Part shown: positions 14,501 through 26,545 of the stretch, piece by piece
Layout: each line of letters opens with the position of its first letter
Numbering within the stretch: the stretch's first letter is position 1
DNA from: Ascidiella aspersa
Lineage: Eukaryota
Reading direction: 5' to 3'
Length of the DNA: 64,000 nucleotides
Assembly (NCBI GenBank): GCA_963924565.1
Contig: OZ004609.1
Coordinates: 17,298,001-17,362,000 of the forward strand
Made by a program: the position numbers and the translations under genes
The notes under the pieces: generated by a model
What the model saw: the letters and a program-made list of their open reading frames with translations, nothing else
What the model was told of the DNA's origin: nothing
Database searches by the model: none

Positions 14501-17500
14501 AGAGTAGTAATATCAGATAATATCGGATCGGAGCTAATACACGATGCCAAATGGTAGTGCCGCTACTCGCCCGACACTAGGGTGCTATTAGTGTTGATGC
14601 GCTACCAAATTGATATGAAAATACCTGCCGTGAATTGCAAGTCAATACCGTACGTTCTACCTTAAAAGGTAAATTTATCAACAAATAGTAAACGTAAAAA
14701 ACTGAAGGTACTAAAAATAAAAACGCTAATCTCAATTCTGGCCTAATAACCTATATTACTTCAGACCTTGCGATTTGATCTATCTTGCTTGTTTGGGTAT
14801 ATTTAAGACTTAGGCATTGGATCGCACCCTATAATAGATTTAAGGCAGTAAACGTATTGGGCATCCCTAAAATTTTACCCACGAATTAAAACGAAAGTCT
14901 GTAAAATGACTCATTAAACTTTAAGATGTATTTATGGCAACCTGAAAACATCGGCAAAACCAATGGTTCCATTTCTGGCAGTTTGAATTGATTACAACCG
15001 ATCGCTAATGAAAATACTATAGCAAACAACGATTATATATGACCCTTAACTAAAATAATCAAGAGGTCAAGTACAGGGACTGAGATGATCAAATCGGTCA
15101 CTGTCTGCTCCGTGCCGTACAGCAATTTCAATGTAAAAATGGTCGTTATACAGAGCGGAAGTAATTTACCCGTCACAAGACAGCAAGCAATTTACGTGTC
15201 GGTCATACCAATCGAAAATTGAGGGTGGAAAAGCTGTTTGTTCAGTGGCAAATTACTATTTCTTATAATGTGCGATTCATAAGCAAAGATAATATCTCCA
15301 ATTAATCTTTGATACGCTCCGTTCCGTTTTACAATTATATTAAATCGATGATTGCTGAATAAATGCAATTATCGAATTTTCGACGGAAAAACTTAGATAG
15401 ATGGGCGTTCGCTTATTTACTGCACTTCGGCTGATCAACCCGTAAATTGTTAATTTCGAGTGGACAGCAAGTGACCGTACAAGTTGTTATATTACTGAAA
15501 CACTTGATAAGATGACGTGTCAACAGGCGAAAGCCTAACGTTTGTCGTTCATGCTACAATCTCCTAAAATAATCCCACATAAAGCATTGTTAAGAAACTG
15601 GCTATTTGCGAGTGGCGTCCGTTACTATAGTTTTAAGGAAGCTCTAAAACCAAGTGCAAACAAAAGTCGGAACTGAGCAAATTTATCAGACAAAAAACAA
15701 ATGACCCTGATCCCAGCAGAACCCTTGTTTAATGCTTGTTGAAAGCTCCAGTTTAAATCATCGCTGGCAAAAATAACACTTTTCGGGTGGGTTACAGTAG
15801 CGAAAACAAAGGGACCATTGTCTCACACTAAGTTGCGACAGCTATACGTCACACTCGGTTGGTCGCCATCGTCTTTCGTATCCATTCATAAACAAAAACT
15901 TCCTTTTCAATTTTGTCTGTGCAAAGTGTTCTTCATACCGAAGCAGGTTTTTACCATGTCAAACGTGATGCATAACGTCGCGCCAAACCTACGAGGAATA
16001 GTTTTATATAACGTGCTCATTACACCACATAAAATCAATAGTATAATTAAATATTAGATATAGTTAAGTTGTTTTATGGGGGAGGCAGAAATAGAATACA
16101 CCTTACTAACCAGCATGAAACCTCTATTCGTGCAGTTTCCCATTGCGTGCGATTTCATGGTATATTCGTCATACTAAATCGATCGAGCCACAAAATACAA
16201 GTATACTAAGTATTTGATCACTAAACCAATCATGGAAGTCATCAAACCAATTCAAACGCAATATGTTTCTACACTCGCACGAAAAGCTGAACACATTATT
16301 ACAAAAAAAGTTACAGCGATTGATTTCGAGTTTTATTTTACAAAATTTCGAAAGCTGTGCACGTCGCAAATCCAAAAAATATTTCCAAAGGCGTCGCGAG
16401 AAACGCGCACACGTCATACACACAACACACAATATATATATACGGTATATCGAAGGTAGCGCGATATTTTTTTGGTAAATCGAGGAAAATTGCTTTTTAA
16501 TTTTATTACATAGGACTGATTGTAATAAATCCAATTTAAATAAAGTACTGTACGCACAATTTAATACGCAGAAAGCAAAGCCTTTAATATGAAACTAATT
16601 TTAAATTATGATAGCACAAAGCACAATCCCCCTTCAAAATATCACACATTTTAATAAACCTAACTACTAATCAAACTACATACCACCAAGAAAAACAAAT
16701 AAAACAGATGTTTAAATATTTTTTTCCATTTGCTTACGCGCACCCGGCAACCTTACATGGCGCACCAATGCGTCGCGTCGTACTGGTTTAATATGCGCTT
16801 ATATGTACAAACACGCAAACATACATGCATACATAATACATATATACCCAACGCACTTCCATATTTATACGCATGAACTCGAACACACTTGTACGCACAC
16901 ACTAAAACGAAGGCCATAAAGCGATGGTGGACAGTAATAGTCTTTCAGTGGGTTGCAGCGTGGCAATTGAACGCGCAGTGAGCGCCAACAGTACAACGAT
17001 TCGGAAGAGCCGTGGCAGCCATCGCGGAGCCCGAGTTAAAATTACCCGAACTCGTGAGAAAATTGCTCTGGTAGATATAGGCGATTGGAAGGCGGGGGGA
17101 GAGAGGCCATACAGCACCTACAATACGCCTTCGCCTGGGCACGACCGAATCGCCATCAATAAATTGCTGTTACCTCCATTGAAAGCTTCGATTGCTTATT
17201 GCTGCCTGCTGTATACCGAGCGAATGCAATATGAGAGTTTTTTTAAGGTGTTTTGGGAGACCGAAACGGTCCCCCAAATTTCTCCAGCGGTTACCCAAAT
17301 TTTGGACTTGCAACTTTTTGGTATTTAAATGCAACACTTCCGGTCTTTTAAAACTACTTAGCGGTCACCCAAACCAAACCTTAAAAAAAAACCTGTGAGA
17401 GTCAATAGTAAAATAATATAAAACTGGCATTGGTCATCAAAAACCACGAACAATCGAACATACATAAAGTAGCAATAGTGCAACCGAAAGGCGGACGGTA

Positions 17501-17570
17501 AGTTAATCATTCATAAAGTAAGTTCGCCAGAACAATTTGAATACAGCGGTAGATCTTATCATGTCATGAT

Positions 17571-18065
17571 CCAGTGTTGTAATGACTTAGTAGTCACTGT
17601 TTTCAAATGACTTGACTTGACTTAACTCTTTTGGGCAAAATGACTTGACTTGACTTAAGTCTTTTGGAAAAATGACTTGACTTGACTTAAGTCTTTTAGA
17701 CAAATGACTTGGGTTAAAATTAAGTGTTTTCATTAATAATTTTGTCGTAAAATTGGGTTATTGATCCTAATTTTTTCACATAAACAATTTGCTTGCAGTC
17801 TATTGCCTTATTGGTATTTTTAGTTAAGGTATTGCTCATAATCGAACGAGTTTACCCAATTTTAATAGCTTAACGTGTAATTTTTATGACAAGGACTTGG
17901 CTTGGAATTGACTTGCTTTAATTATAACTTGACTTGCGATTTATTCAAAAAGACTTGACTTGGACTTAAGTTATTTTCCAAATGACTTGACTTGGACTTA
18001 GGTTATTTGAAAAATGACTTGACTAAAATTTAAGCCATTTTGAAAAGACTTGTTTACAACACTGG
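17571..18065. mobile_element. Non-autonomous DNA transposon with subterminal GACTT-based tandem repeats
   Basis: There is a perfect 12-bp TIR (CCAGTGTTGTAA / TTACAACACTGG). Units of about 32 bp built on AAATGACTTGACTTGACTTAA cluster near both ends (17600-17711 and 17950-18025). The TSD is ambiguous (GAT, or a degenerate 8-mer), so the superfamily is not assigned. Confidence 0.7.
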
Positions 18066-18820
18066 GATGAACCCCACACAAACTATATTTTTGCCAACTT
18101 TTGTTATGTAAATAAACAATATCTGGCGCTTCGCGCGAACTTTCTTCGTTTTTTCTACGATTTTGTCCATTTTTAGAAATTATAATCATCCAGAATACGC
18201 CAGTGCATACTTTTGGGTGTTATGCCGTGTGAGCTCATGAACTCTATAAAGTGTTTTTTTTTTCAAATTATACTATATATGCTGTTACTTTGAGCAAATA
18301 TGCTATTTTATGTGCTTAATGCCTCACTTAGCTCTAAAACTTAAAAGTTTTGCCAATTTGAAGCAAATAAACGCATTTATTTCGATTGGACTCGGTTCGC
18401 TCGAGAAAAAAGTGTTTAAGATTGTGCGTTAGTAGTTTTATAATGTATCGTTTTAATACTAAATAGGGATTATCCGGTATTGTTATAATACACTTGTTGA
18501 ATTACAAAGACATGGAAATATGCATATTATTGTTGTAAATAACTTATTTTATCTCCAAAATAAATACTCGGAGCATTTTGGGACATAATTTAAAACAAAT
18601 TACAAAATCGTATGTAAAACCAAAAGCTTTTTGAGAGCCAAAGAATTCAATATACAAACCTAAACTAAATAGTATCAAATGATAATACTTAAAGGATAGA
18701 AAAGGTAAATAAAAAATCAATAAGGCTGCTTTGCATCCACTATTTTAGATAACCTTGGTAAGGCCTTTAAAAAAGAAATAAATATCCGTGAAAAAAATCG
18801 AATATTATTTTCTGGTTAGT

Positions 18821-18902
18821 AATAACTCTTTATTCATTTTCAACATAGAGAGAATTCACAAATGGTAAGTCTCTCTATGTTGAAAATGAATAAAGAGTTA
18901 TT
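18821..18902. repeat. Perfect inverted repeat with 33-bp arms and a 16-nt loop
   Basis: AATAACTCTTTATTCATTTTCAACATAGAGAGA (18821-18853) is the exact reverse complement of 18870-18902. Confidence 0.95.
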
Positions 18903-20033
18903 CGAAACGTTCAAAATGATACCTACTTCTGTATGGGCTTTGATATTCTTATTACGTCTTACTACAACCTCCAACCATTATGCTCCAAAATTTTCTGGTT
19001 AGTTTTGCCAAATGAAAAAAAATGAAAAAGCATCAAATTGTTTTGCCCAAACATAACCCTTTAAACTACTCGGCGCACAGTGAAAAGTTTGCAAAAAATC
19101 ACCCAATTAGCCTAGCTAGGATACCGATGGTTTAGTTTAGGCTAATAAATCCATCTAAGAATAAATTTAAGATTTGAAACCATAAGCGACGCTTAAGTAA
19201 TACTTTCAAAGTGAGTAGACGCAAAATCCTGTGTCAGGGGCACATTGGCTACTCGTTGTTGCGATGGACAGCGGAAACAACCCAAGCGAGCAGGCAGGAG
19301 CGGGGTTTTGTGGGCGTACGAGTGTCCCTGGTGACGCAAATGATGCAATAGCGCCTGCAGCTCGAGTGCGGGCTGATGAGTTTACGTAGCGATGCACTGG
19401 GCCGGTGAGAGGCCGATGATGGCAAAGCACACAACTTGCGCAACAGCTGGGCCAACCTCTGGCACACGAGCCCACGCTGCGCTGGCGAGTGGCCAACAGT
19501 TGCCCCCTTTTGCACTTAACTATGTCACGCAATGGCTTTAATGTAGGCGAGGTCAGTACTTAATGTAACTTTAATGAAACCCGTACATCGCGATGAAAAC
19601 TTTATTCAATTGATGTTAGATTTATTGTGTGAAGGTCAAGCCGTTAAGGACTTTTAAAATAAAAAGGGCCAACAACCAGCTCAAAAAGTTTTGTTTTACG
19701 CTGCTTTTAAAAAAGGATGTATGTAGCCAAGCGTTAGACATAGCAACAAGCAGTGCCAGATTGACCATTAGGTTACTAAGGCTGTAGGCGCTGGAAAAAT
19801 TCGGCCGTCATTTTTTTAGGTTAAATGTAATTTTTTTATGTATGTATTTTTATTACTTTGTAGCTTGGTTTGCAAAACTAGGCTCTCCTCTGGTAAACAG
19901 CCTTAGGCCTTTGGGCCAGCCTAAACGATTTAATATATAGCTTTAACGACTGGTTACACATATCGCCACGTCTAAACTATATTCTAAATCTGTATTCACA
20001 ATTTTTCAAGGCACAGAGACAGATTAATCTGAT

Positions 20034-20039
20034 TTTATT
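20034..20039 (-). terminator. Candidate polyadenylation signal (AATAAA) for Sprouty, implying a 3'UTR of about 1.35 kb
   Basis: TTTATT on the plus strand is the first canonical minus-strand AATAAA I found after the Sprouty stop. The intervening sequence is U-rich on the minus strand. Alternative signals occur further downstream (e.g. 19601, 19621). Confidence 0.4.
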
Positions 20040-21370
20040 TTGTGTATTGGTTCTCGTATTGAAAGCCAATCGACTTAACATCGTCATAGTAATTTGTTAC
20101 GAAAAGTACAACAATAACAACAATGACAACGACAAGAAACACATCGTCATCTTAAAGAAGGTGCGAAAAACGAAATGTTGAACGAAAAATAAACGAAATA
20201 AGTGAAACTGTCGTCGGAAAAAAACTAAAATGGACAACTAGTTTCCAGAGACGAAAATCTTAGGAAATTCAAACTTAATAAGCTGTTAATAGTAAAATAG
20301 GAAATCGTTTTACATGCTGTAATAATATTTAAAATCCACAATGTTACTTTCATTATTCCTCAATTATAATAAACGTTTACCAAATCAAAAGCTTTGCCTA
20401 TTTGCAAAAAACAGCTGAGTAACGACATCACTTATATCAATGAAGGCTCCAATGGGTTTTACATTCTACATAGACAACCATACACATCGGTTTGTAATAT
20501 TTTGCCCACAAACGTGGTTAGTCAAACTCAACATTGTACGAGCACTAGTTCATAAGGCTAGTAGTTTATAAAACTTATGCTAAGGCGTTCTTTTTAAATG
20601 TTGCAACACGCTTTAGTGGGGAGTGGTAAATCGCATCAAAACAGCACCAGCAAGTTGCGATGCATAGAGCAATAAATATAACTGATACAAATAAATAAAA
20701 TGACTCAAGAGAGAACTTTGCAGCAAGCACTTCAAACTATGGAGAAAAATAAAATTAACAAAGGAAAACGCATTTGCCAGTACAGCTGAAAGTGACTGGT
20801 TGTCAATGTACTAAGAAAGAAGTTTGGATATGTTACATATAATGAGCCCCTCGTGAAATAACCTCTTTATCATTACTACTACAAAATGTCGCACTCTTTC
20901 GGTGCACCCGGGCAGTAATGTTTACGCGCAAAATGGCAGGCAATGGACGACTTTGGTAGTTCAAAGGCAACGGTTGGTTGCCTTGTCTAAGTTTCAAGGC
21001 AAGGTGTGGACTCGTTTTACTAATTGTAAGGTTATTCGAACGGCTGCCTACAGTTGATTATATCGATTACCCACTAGAAGGGAATATGTGGGCAGGAGGT
21101 AAAGAGTAGAAAAAATATGCAATAACGTAACATGTTCTTAAGTTACATGGAGGTATCGTGGTAAACGTAATTTCAAAGAAAAACAACGGGACGATATATG
21201 AGAAAAAGACGAGGCTCGCAGCACTACGCTCTCGAACAGGAACTAGAGTGTTTGTTGTAATCGAAACAATCCTTCGCGACCACAGACCTTTTCGCGACTG
21301 CCGGCCATTGGAACCTGGATCACCTGGCAAGGCCCAATACTCATAATTGGCCTGAACCCACGGTGGCTCG

Positions 21371-22765
21371 TCATCTGTATGATTCCTTACATCTGCAGCC
21401 AGGCTTTACGCAGTCCGCACACGAGCGACAAGCCCGAATGCAACCCCTTGCCGCTGGGTAGCAGAGCAAACAGGGGAGCACAAGGGACAGTGCAGACAGT
21501 GCGGTCCATCGCAGACAGCACTGAGAGCCGCGGCACGAACACGGTTTGTCCGTACATGTATCGTCATCATCGTAATTGGAGCAGTGGTAAAAACATGCTC
21601 GAACGCAGCAAAGACAGGTGGCTGTCTCGACGCACGAGTCCAGGCTGCAAAGGCACCTGTGGTTGCACATCCAACAGTGGCTTGCGGAGCGACGAGCTGA
21701 CTCGCTTGTGTTGGGAATATCACCTTGACAACGGGGACACATACATTTTCCGCATCGAGGACACGGGTAATTGTGGTCTCCGGGTTTGGGGAAAGCCCTA
21801 CACTCCCCCGAACCCGGTCCAATAAGCTGGTGATCTTCGTCGCCAATAACGTTGTCGAGCTCTGTTATCTTTTTAAGCGAAGACTTGTTAGACGACTTGT
21901 TTAGTTCGGAAGAAAGCTTTTTCTCGTCGGTCCTGATCTCGCGCGTGGAGGTCTTCGATTTGTCGCTCTTTGAATCGGCAAGTTGATCCTTGTGGGGGAC
22001 CTTGGGTGCGGTTGGCTGAGTGATGACTACGTCGGAACGACTGTTCACAGAAGTTCGACTTAACGGCTGCGTCGTTTTCACACCAATGGATGTGACAATG
22101 TTAACGTGACTGTGAAGTTCTAAAGTGGGAACTCCCAAACGCGCCGCGACCTCTGGTGTAGGCGGGGGAGGGCGAGGAGGTGCTATCGACGGGTTTACTT
22201 GAAATGTGGTCGCCGGAAAATTTGAATCGGGGATGGGCGGTGGCGGTCGACTGATTAGCAAGTCAGGGGGTCCGGTATTTCGTCTTCGGGAAGGAAGGTG
22301 ACCGACAGTTTGCGGATAGGGTCGCGGTGGTATGACAGGTGTGTGACCAGTGGACGATTCCAATCGATTCGAAGGTCTCGCTTGATCGATCCGCGATGGG
22401 TCTCTTGAAACGAGGTACGACGGTAAGGATGAGCTTGAAGTGTTGACTCGAGACGCTGAGCCAGGCATACGCCGCGTTCGACCCGAATGGTGCTGCTGAC
22501 GTCTGGACCTTTCGGCGCCTGGGTGTCTGTGGGTTCTCGCGTGTTGGTTACTGGAATCTCTGCCGTGAATATGATCTCGCTGTCCCGTATTGGACTGTTG
22601 CACCAGTGGATGGTCGCTGTAGTCGTTGTCCACAGCCCTACTTCTGTTGCCAGCTTCGGACAATAAGGTAAGTGCGGACGTGTCGGGGGAAGGGCTGGCT
22701 TGCGAAACGGCCGTGCTACCGGTTTCGCTACGAGCAGCAGATGATGATGTCCGAGGCCTAAACAT
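21371..22765 (-). CDS. Spry: Sprouty (RTK/FGF-ERK feedback inhibitor), single coding exon, 464 aa
   Basis: The C-terminal Cys-rich SPR domain spans aa ~335-460 (CPRCGKCMC...TCLCCVRACFYHC...DKPCSC...CCLRW...LPCLLCYP...PGCRCK). The N-terminal NDYSDHP (Y49) fits the Cbl-TKB consensus (N/D)xY(S/T)xxP, equivalent to Spry2 Y55. There is no EVH1 domain, so this is not Spred. The intronless CDS matches vertebrate SPRY genes. Confidence 0.96.
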   Translation of the reverse strand: MFRPRTSSSAARSETGSTAVSQASPSPDTSALTLLSEAGNRSRAVDNDYSDHPLVQQSNTGQRDHIHGRDSSNQHARTHRHPGAERSRRQQHHSGRTRRMPGSASRVNTSSSSLPSYLVSRDPSRIDQARPSNRLESSTGHTPVIPPRPYPQTVGHLPSRRRNTGPPDLLISRPPPPIPDSNFPATTFQVNPSIAPPRPPPPTPEVAARLGVPTLELHSHVNIVTSIGVKTTQPLSRTSVNSRSDVVITQPTAPKVPHKDQLADSKSDKSKTSTREIRTDEKKLSSELNKSSNKSSLKKITELDNVIGDEDHQLIGPGSGECRAFPKPGDHNYPCPRCGKCMCPRCQGDIPNTSESARRSASHCWMCNHRCLCSLDSCVETATCLCCVRACFYHCSNYDDDDTCTDKPCSCRGSQCCLRWTALSALSLVLPCLLCYPAARGCIRACRSCADCVKPGCRCKESYR

Positions 22766-23026
22766 AACTGGAAATGTCGCTTTAAACTATGCCTTTATCA
22801 ATGAATTATCATTGTACTGTGGAAGTTGGCAATATCCCCTTAATAGCTGACGGGCTGGTAGTTGAAGTGTTCGGCGATATCCCGAGTTTCTTTGCGCAAA
22901 ATAATCCAGATGAACTTCAAGTTTGTGCTAATCAAATAGCACTTGAACCTTGGTTTGACAGTCGCAATCCCAAAGTTGAGCTAGCGATAACTTTTTAGCC
23001 TTTATTATATACAGTCGGCTTAATAT

Positions 23027-23055
23027 CTGAAAATTAAAAAAAAAAAAGATTAGCT
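23027..23055 (-). other. Splice acceptor opening the Sprouty coding exon (exon starts at 23026, giving 261 nt of 5'UTR)
   Basis: The minus strand reads GCTAATC (branch-point-like), a long T run, then AATTTTCAG|ATATT, which is a strong acceptor arrangement. Confidence 0.75.
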
Positions 23056-26000
23056 TACAGAAATAGGGTAAGCCTATACCAAAGTACGGAAATACAAACA
23101 CGTGTAGCTTGACACAGCGTGGTCCTAATCCCTGAAATCATAAAACAAGAGAACCGCCACAGCGATACAAGCCAGACGTATCTGTTTTAACATTTGGGCC
23201 GCAGGGCTTCGACGAGGTCAAAAAGTAGGTCGAATACGCTCCTTTACAATACTAAAAGTTTCTCTGATCTGTACCGCTAGCTGCTCTTTAGAATTGCAGT
23301 TCGTTTCGTATTAAAAAAACACACACCGTGTTTTGTTGAATGAAAACTTTTAGATTGATATAATCCTAAAATATAACCTGCAAACATGAACTCAGATAAC
23401 GAGACGCGCTAAAGCACAATTTAACAACATTCCAAAAATAAACAAAATCCACAATACTCGCAACTCATTTAAAACTAAACACTTTTTTGATAAGTCATAA
23501 AGCAGTTGATAAGGTTCAACTCCTAATTACAGCGCATCTACATATACAAGCTAACACAAAAATAAACACAATATTAGAACTGACATAAAAATAGCTATAT
23601 TGAAGTTGTTAGACTTCTATGTAGGGCTGCGCACGCGAAATGAACTTCCCAATCTGACGCGAGATCCGTCACGAGTTGTGTCTCAAAATCGGATCGGCTC
23701 GCGCGAACACGCTCGTAAGAAAGAGATAAGGGGCCTCCGAGGCAGACGCGATAAAATCGCCGTCAAGCTCGAATGAGACCCTACTCCGGAAATTAACGAG
23801 CGGATTACGCGATTGCCTTGGGCAGGCGAAGCTGCAATCTCGAACGCTCGGAAAGTGTTTTGAAAAACGACATTGCGAACATGCGAACGCACCACGATCT
23901 ACATAGGCACTTGTCGGCGAATTACTGACATTCTTTACTTGTTGCAACACAAACCTATTCGCTTCCTCCGCTTAGCGCACCTTTCCAAGTAAGCGCATTT
24001 GTTGCCTTCAACTCTCCGTTTTAATCGCTTAAGCTTGCAAATACAATAAAGCCAGCCCGTTACAATTGTCATATTGAAGAGCGACTTAACACAACTGGTG
24101 TTACCTCCAAATTCAATATTCATCTAACCTTGCAGGCGGGTGGCAAATGGGTTAAACAAAGGGCAATATAGGAATTTAAAAAAGGGGCCCAGAAGAGCGA
24201 GCGAGATAAGGCCGCTGCGGCTTTGCAAACTGTGCGGCGACGAAGGGGGATGTTTAATCAGAGGTTGGGCGGCAAGTCGATCGGACAAGCACAAAGGGAC
24301 GGCGACTGTTTACTCGCGCGTTTCCGCTGTGACAGCACCGCGGGGGTTTTACTGCTCAGATCTTTGACACCTGCTAAAAGAACGAGGGCGGTTTCGTGCG
24401 GCGCAAACCATTGTTTGAAGCGTCCTACATTTTTGCCGATCGCATTAGGCGGTCACCTGTGCAACAGTATCAAAAGTTGAAGAGGCAAAAAAGAGATACA
24501 GTCTCTCGGCAGCACCAATCACCAATACAATCACAAAATGTAACACGGGAATTTTCTAAAAAGATTCGCAAGTTATCTCAAGTACGCCTTCACCAGAGTT
24601 TTGTTCCACTCATAAACCATAACTACGCTGGTCGTCAAATAAATTGTTTACGACCGGGTGCGTTCCGTCAGCGCTCTGAACAACGCCTGAATAAATCTGG
24701 CACCAAACTACGTGCGGAAAATTTATGATGGGCTAAGGATACTCTTTAAATACCAGTAAATGCGAGTCTTAGATGCCTCATATACCGCAAAGTATAGGTG
24801 GCGACAAGCCTACTCCAGTCACCGAATGACTTTTGTCGTGTCAAAACCCGTTATTAGATCAAATGCCCGCGGATGAACGGCGGCTTGAAAGCCACTATTG
24901 CGGAAGGAAATTTACGGCATGACATACTCCTGATGAACTGCGTTGCGACACCGAAAGATTGAAGTAAAATGCAGGCCACAATTCGAGTAACAGGATGTAA
25001 AAGCCACCACACAGTTAAAACCAAATATAATTACGCATAACACGAACCGCAGGTCCAATAAGACTGCAAGTAAATACTGATTCAAGTTTTTTACATATCC
25101 TTAATACTGACTTCAATATTTCACATAACTCACTATTTGTAAAACTTAAGAGGCGTAACAGAGATATCTGCTGAGTGGAAGTAGAAATATAAAGCATTCA
25201 AATAGGCATGCTGACTTCTGTAGCACAGGAGAGTATTTGAGGCTATTAGTCAATTGAGTTTTATTATATACTGAAGCTAACCTAGGGGACAGAGCGAAAA
25301 AGGCCACTATAAACATCAGGTTCATTTTTGTTACGAAGCTTTTTTATTAATAAGCACTTGATCAGGGCGCAGTGTAATAGATCAGCTTCGTTTGAGTGTC
25401 ACATGGCAGAATTTTCGAAACGTCTGCAAAAAACGTTTCGACAATCACTTCTAAAAACTACATTTAAACTATTCAACATGAAAGATAAAAAACACACGTC
25501 TGAGTATGTACAAAACTCAACAAGATATTGCTGGTAACTAGTTACTCAGTTGCGACAAACCTTAAAACTCATACTGACATATGATGCAATCGTTTACCAA
25601 TAATTCAGTCATTAACAATCGTCTTTGTTTCGTTTGCCCATCACAAGGAGTATTTGTGACGTTTATCGAAAAGGTCGATAACATCCGGTTCCAAATATGC
25701 CAAATCTAGTTCTGTGCGTCGCCGTTTTTAAACTACGGATTTGACTCAGGAAACGACGTATGTAATTGATCAAATTGTTGGCGGTGTTGCCCAACTTAAC
25801 CTGTCAAGCGCTTTAAGACAGCTAACCTTTTTCGCGTAGTGAGTGGCTGGCAATTTTGTTCAGCCCATTGAACCCGAAACAAATTACGCCAAATGCGAAA
25901 CAATAAACCCGCACATCCGGCGCCTTTAGAGCAAAGCCGCTGTAGTCGATATTAAATTTGCCACCAAGTCGTCTCCATTTGGGGCATATTTTTACGAAGC

Positions 26001-26121
26001 TTCCAAGGCATCAAGTGGGTTTTTGACGCTTGTAGATTTACCACGAAGGACAACATATCTATTTTTACAACCCACTTGGTTTCTTTCACCGCCTACCGAA
26101 TTTACGAGCTATCTTCCGCTT

Positions 26122-26136
26122 CTGCTGCTGTTGCTA

Positions 26137-26168
<32 letters not shown>

Positions 26169-26169
26169 A
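26122..26169. repeat. (CTG)n/(CAG)n microsatellite, 16 imperfect units with a pure (CTG)9 core
   Basis: Directly visible; the pure run is at 26140-26166. It explains the spurious poly-Leu ORF 26023-26277. Confidence 0.95.
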
Positions 26170-26289
26170 CCTTTTGCCTTTTCGCAGTCGCCTTTTCGCG
26201 ATACCATCCCGAAAACTATTTACAAACGCATCCGTGAAGCTGTTCGCGGCTCCGGTTTTCACAGTTCGGTGACGTAACGTACAACAGTC

Positions 26290-26545
26290 ATCAGGGTGCG
26301 AGATTTTGAGCCTCTGGTTTTATAGATGTCCGACAGTGGCGCTGTGTCCCAGGGCCGAGCTGGCTCCAGCGAACGATAACAGTAAAACGGCGAAGGGGTC
26401 GAGTTACCGGATGCATGCCGCGCACCTGATCTGGCCGCGCAAGCTCTTCCCGACCTGGGTATCGAGGCTCAACGAGCCACGCTGACGTCAGACTGGAAAT
26501 CGGAGCCTGGGTCCCAACCACAAGCTAACCTTGGCCAATTTCTGG
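26290..26545 (-). promoter_or_regulatory. Candidate Sprouty core and proximal promoter
   Basis: A minus-strand TATA box CTATAAAA (26325-26318) lies in a GC-rich island. Upstream of it are an ETS site ACCGGATG (26406-26413), a full CRE TGACGTCA (26483-26490) and CCAAT (26535-26539). The orientation is correct for Sprouty. Motif-based only. Confidence 0.45.

Noticed and set aside
17600-18030. Regularly spaced ~32-bp repeats that superficially resemble a CRISPR array
   Set aside because: There are no unique spacers and no cas genes, the context is eukaryotic, and the repeats lie within transposon TIRs.
19751-19942. Degenerate MITE-like stretches here and at about 3920, 16740, 35330, 38540-38820, 49160 and 50030-50490
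   Set aside because: They show hAT-like terminal motifs, but paired TIRs and TSDs could not be verified, so they are not listed as features.
21379-21846. ORFs of 148 aa (+) and 146 aa (-) overlapping Sprouty
   Set aside because: They are shadow frames of the Sprouty CDS with no independent features.
26023-26277. Poly-Leu ORF resembling a signal or transmembrane peptide
   Set aside because: It is produced by the CTG microsatellite and has a non-ATG start.
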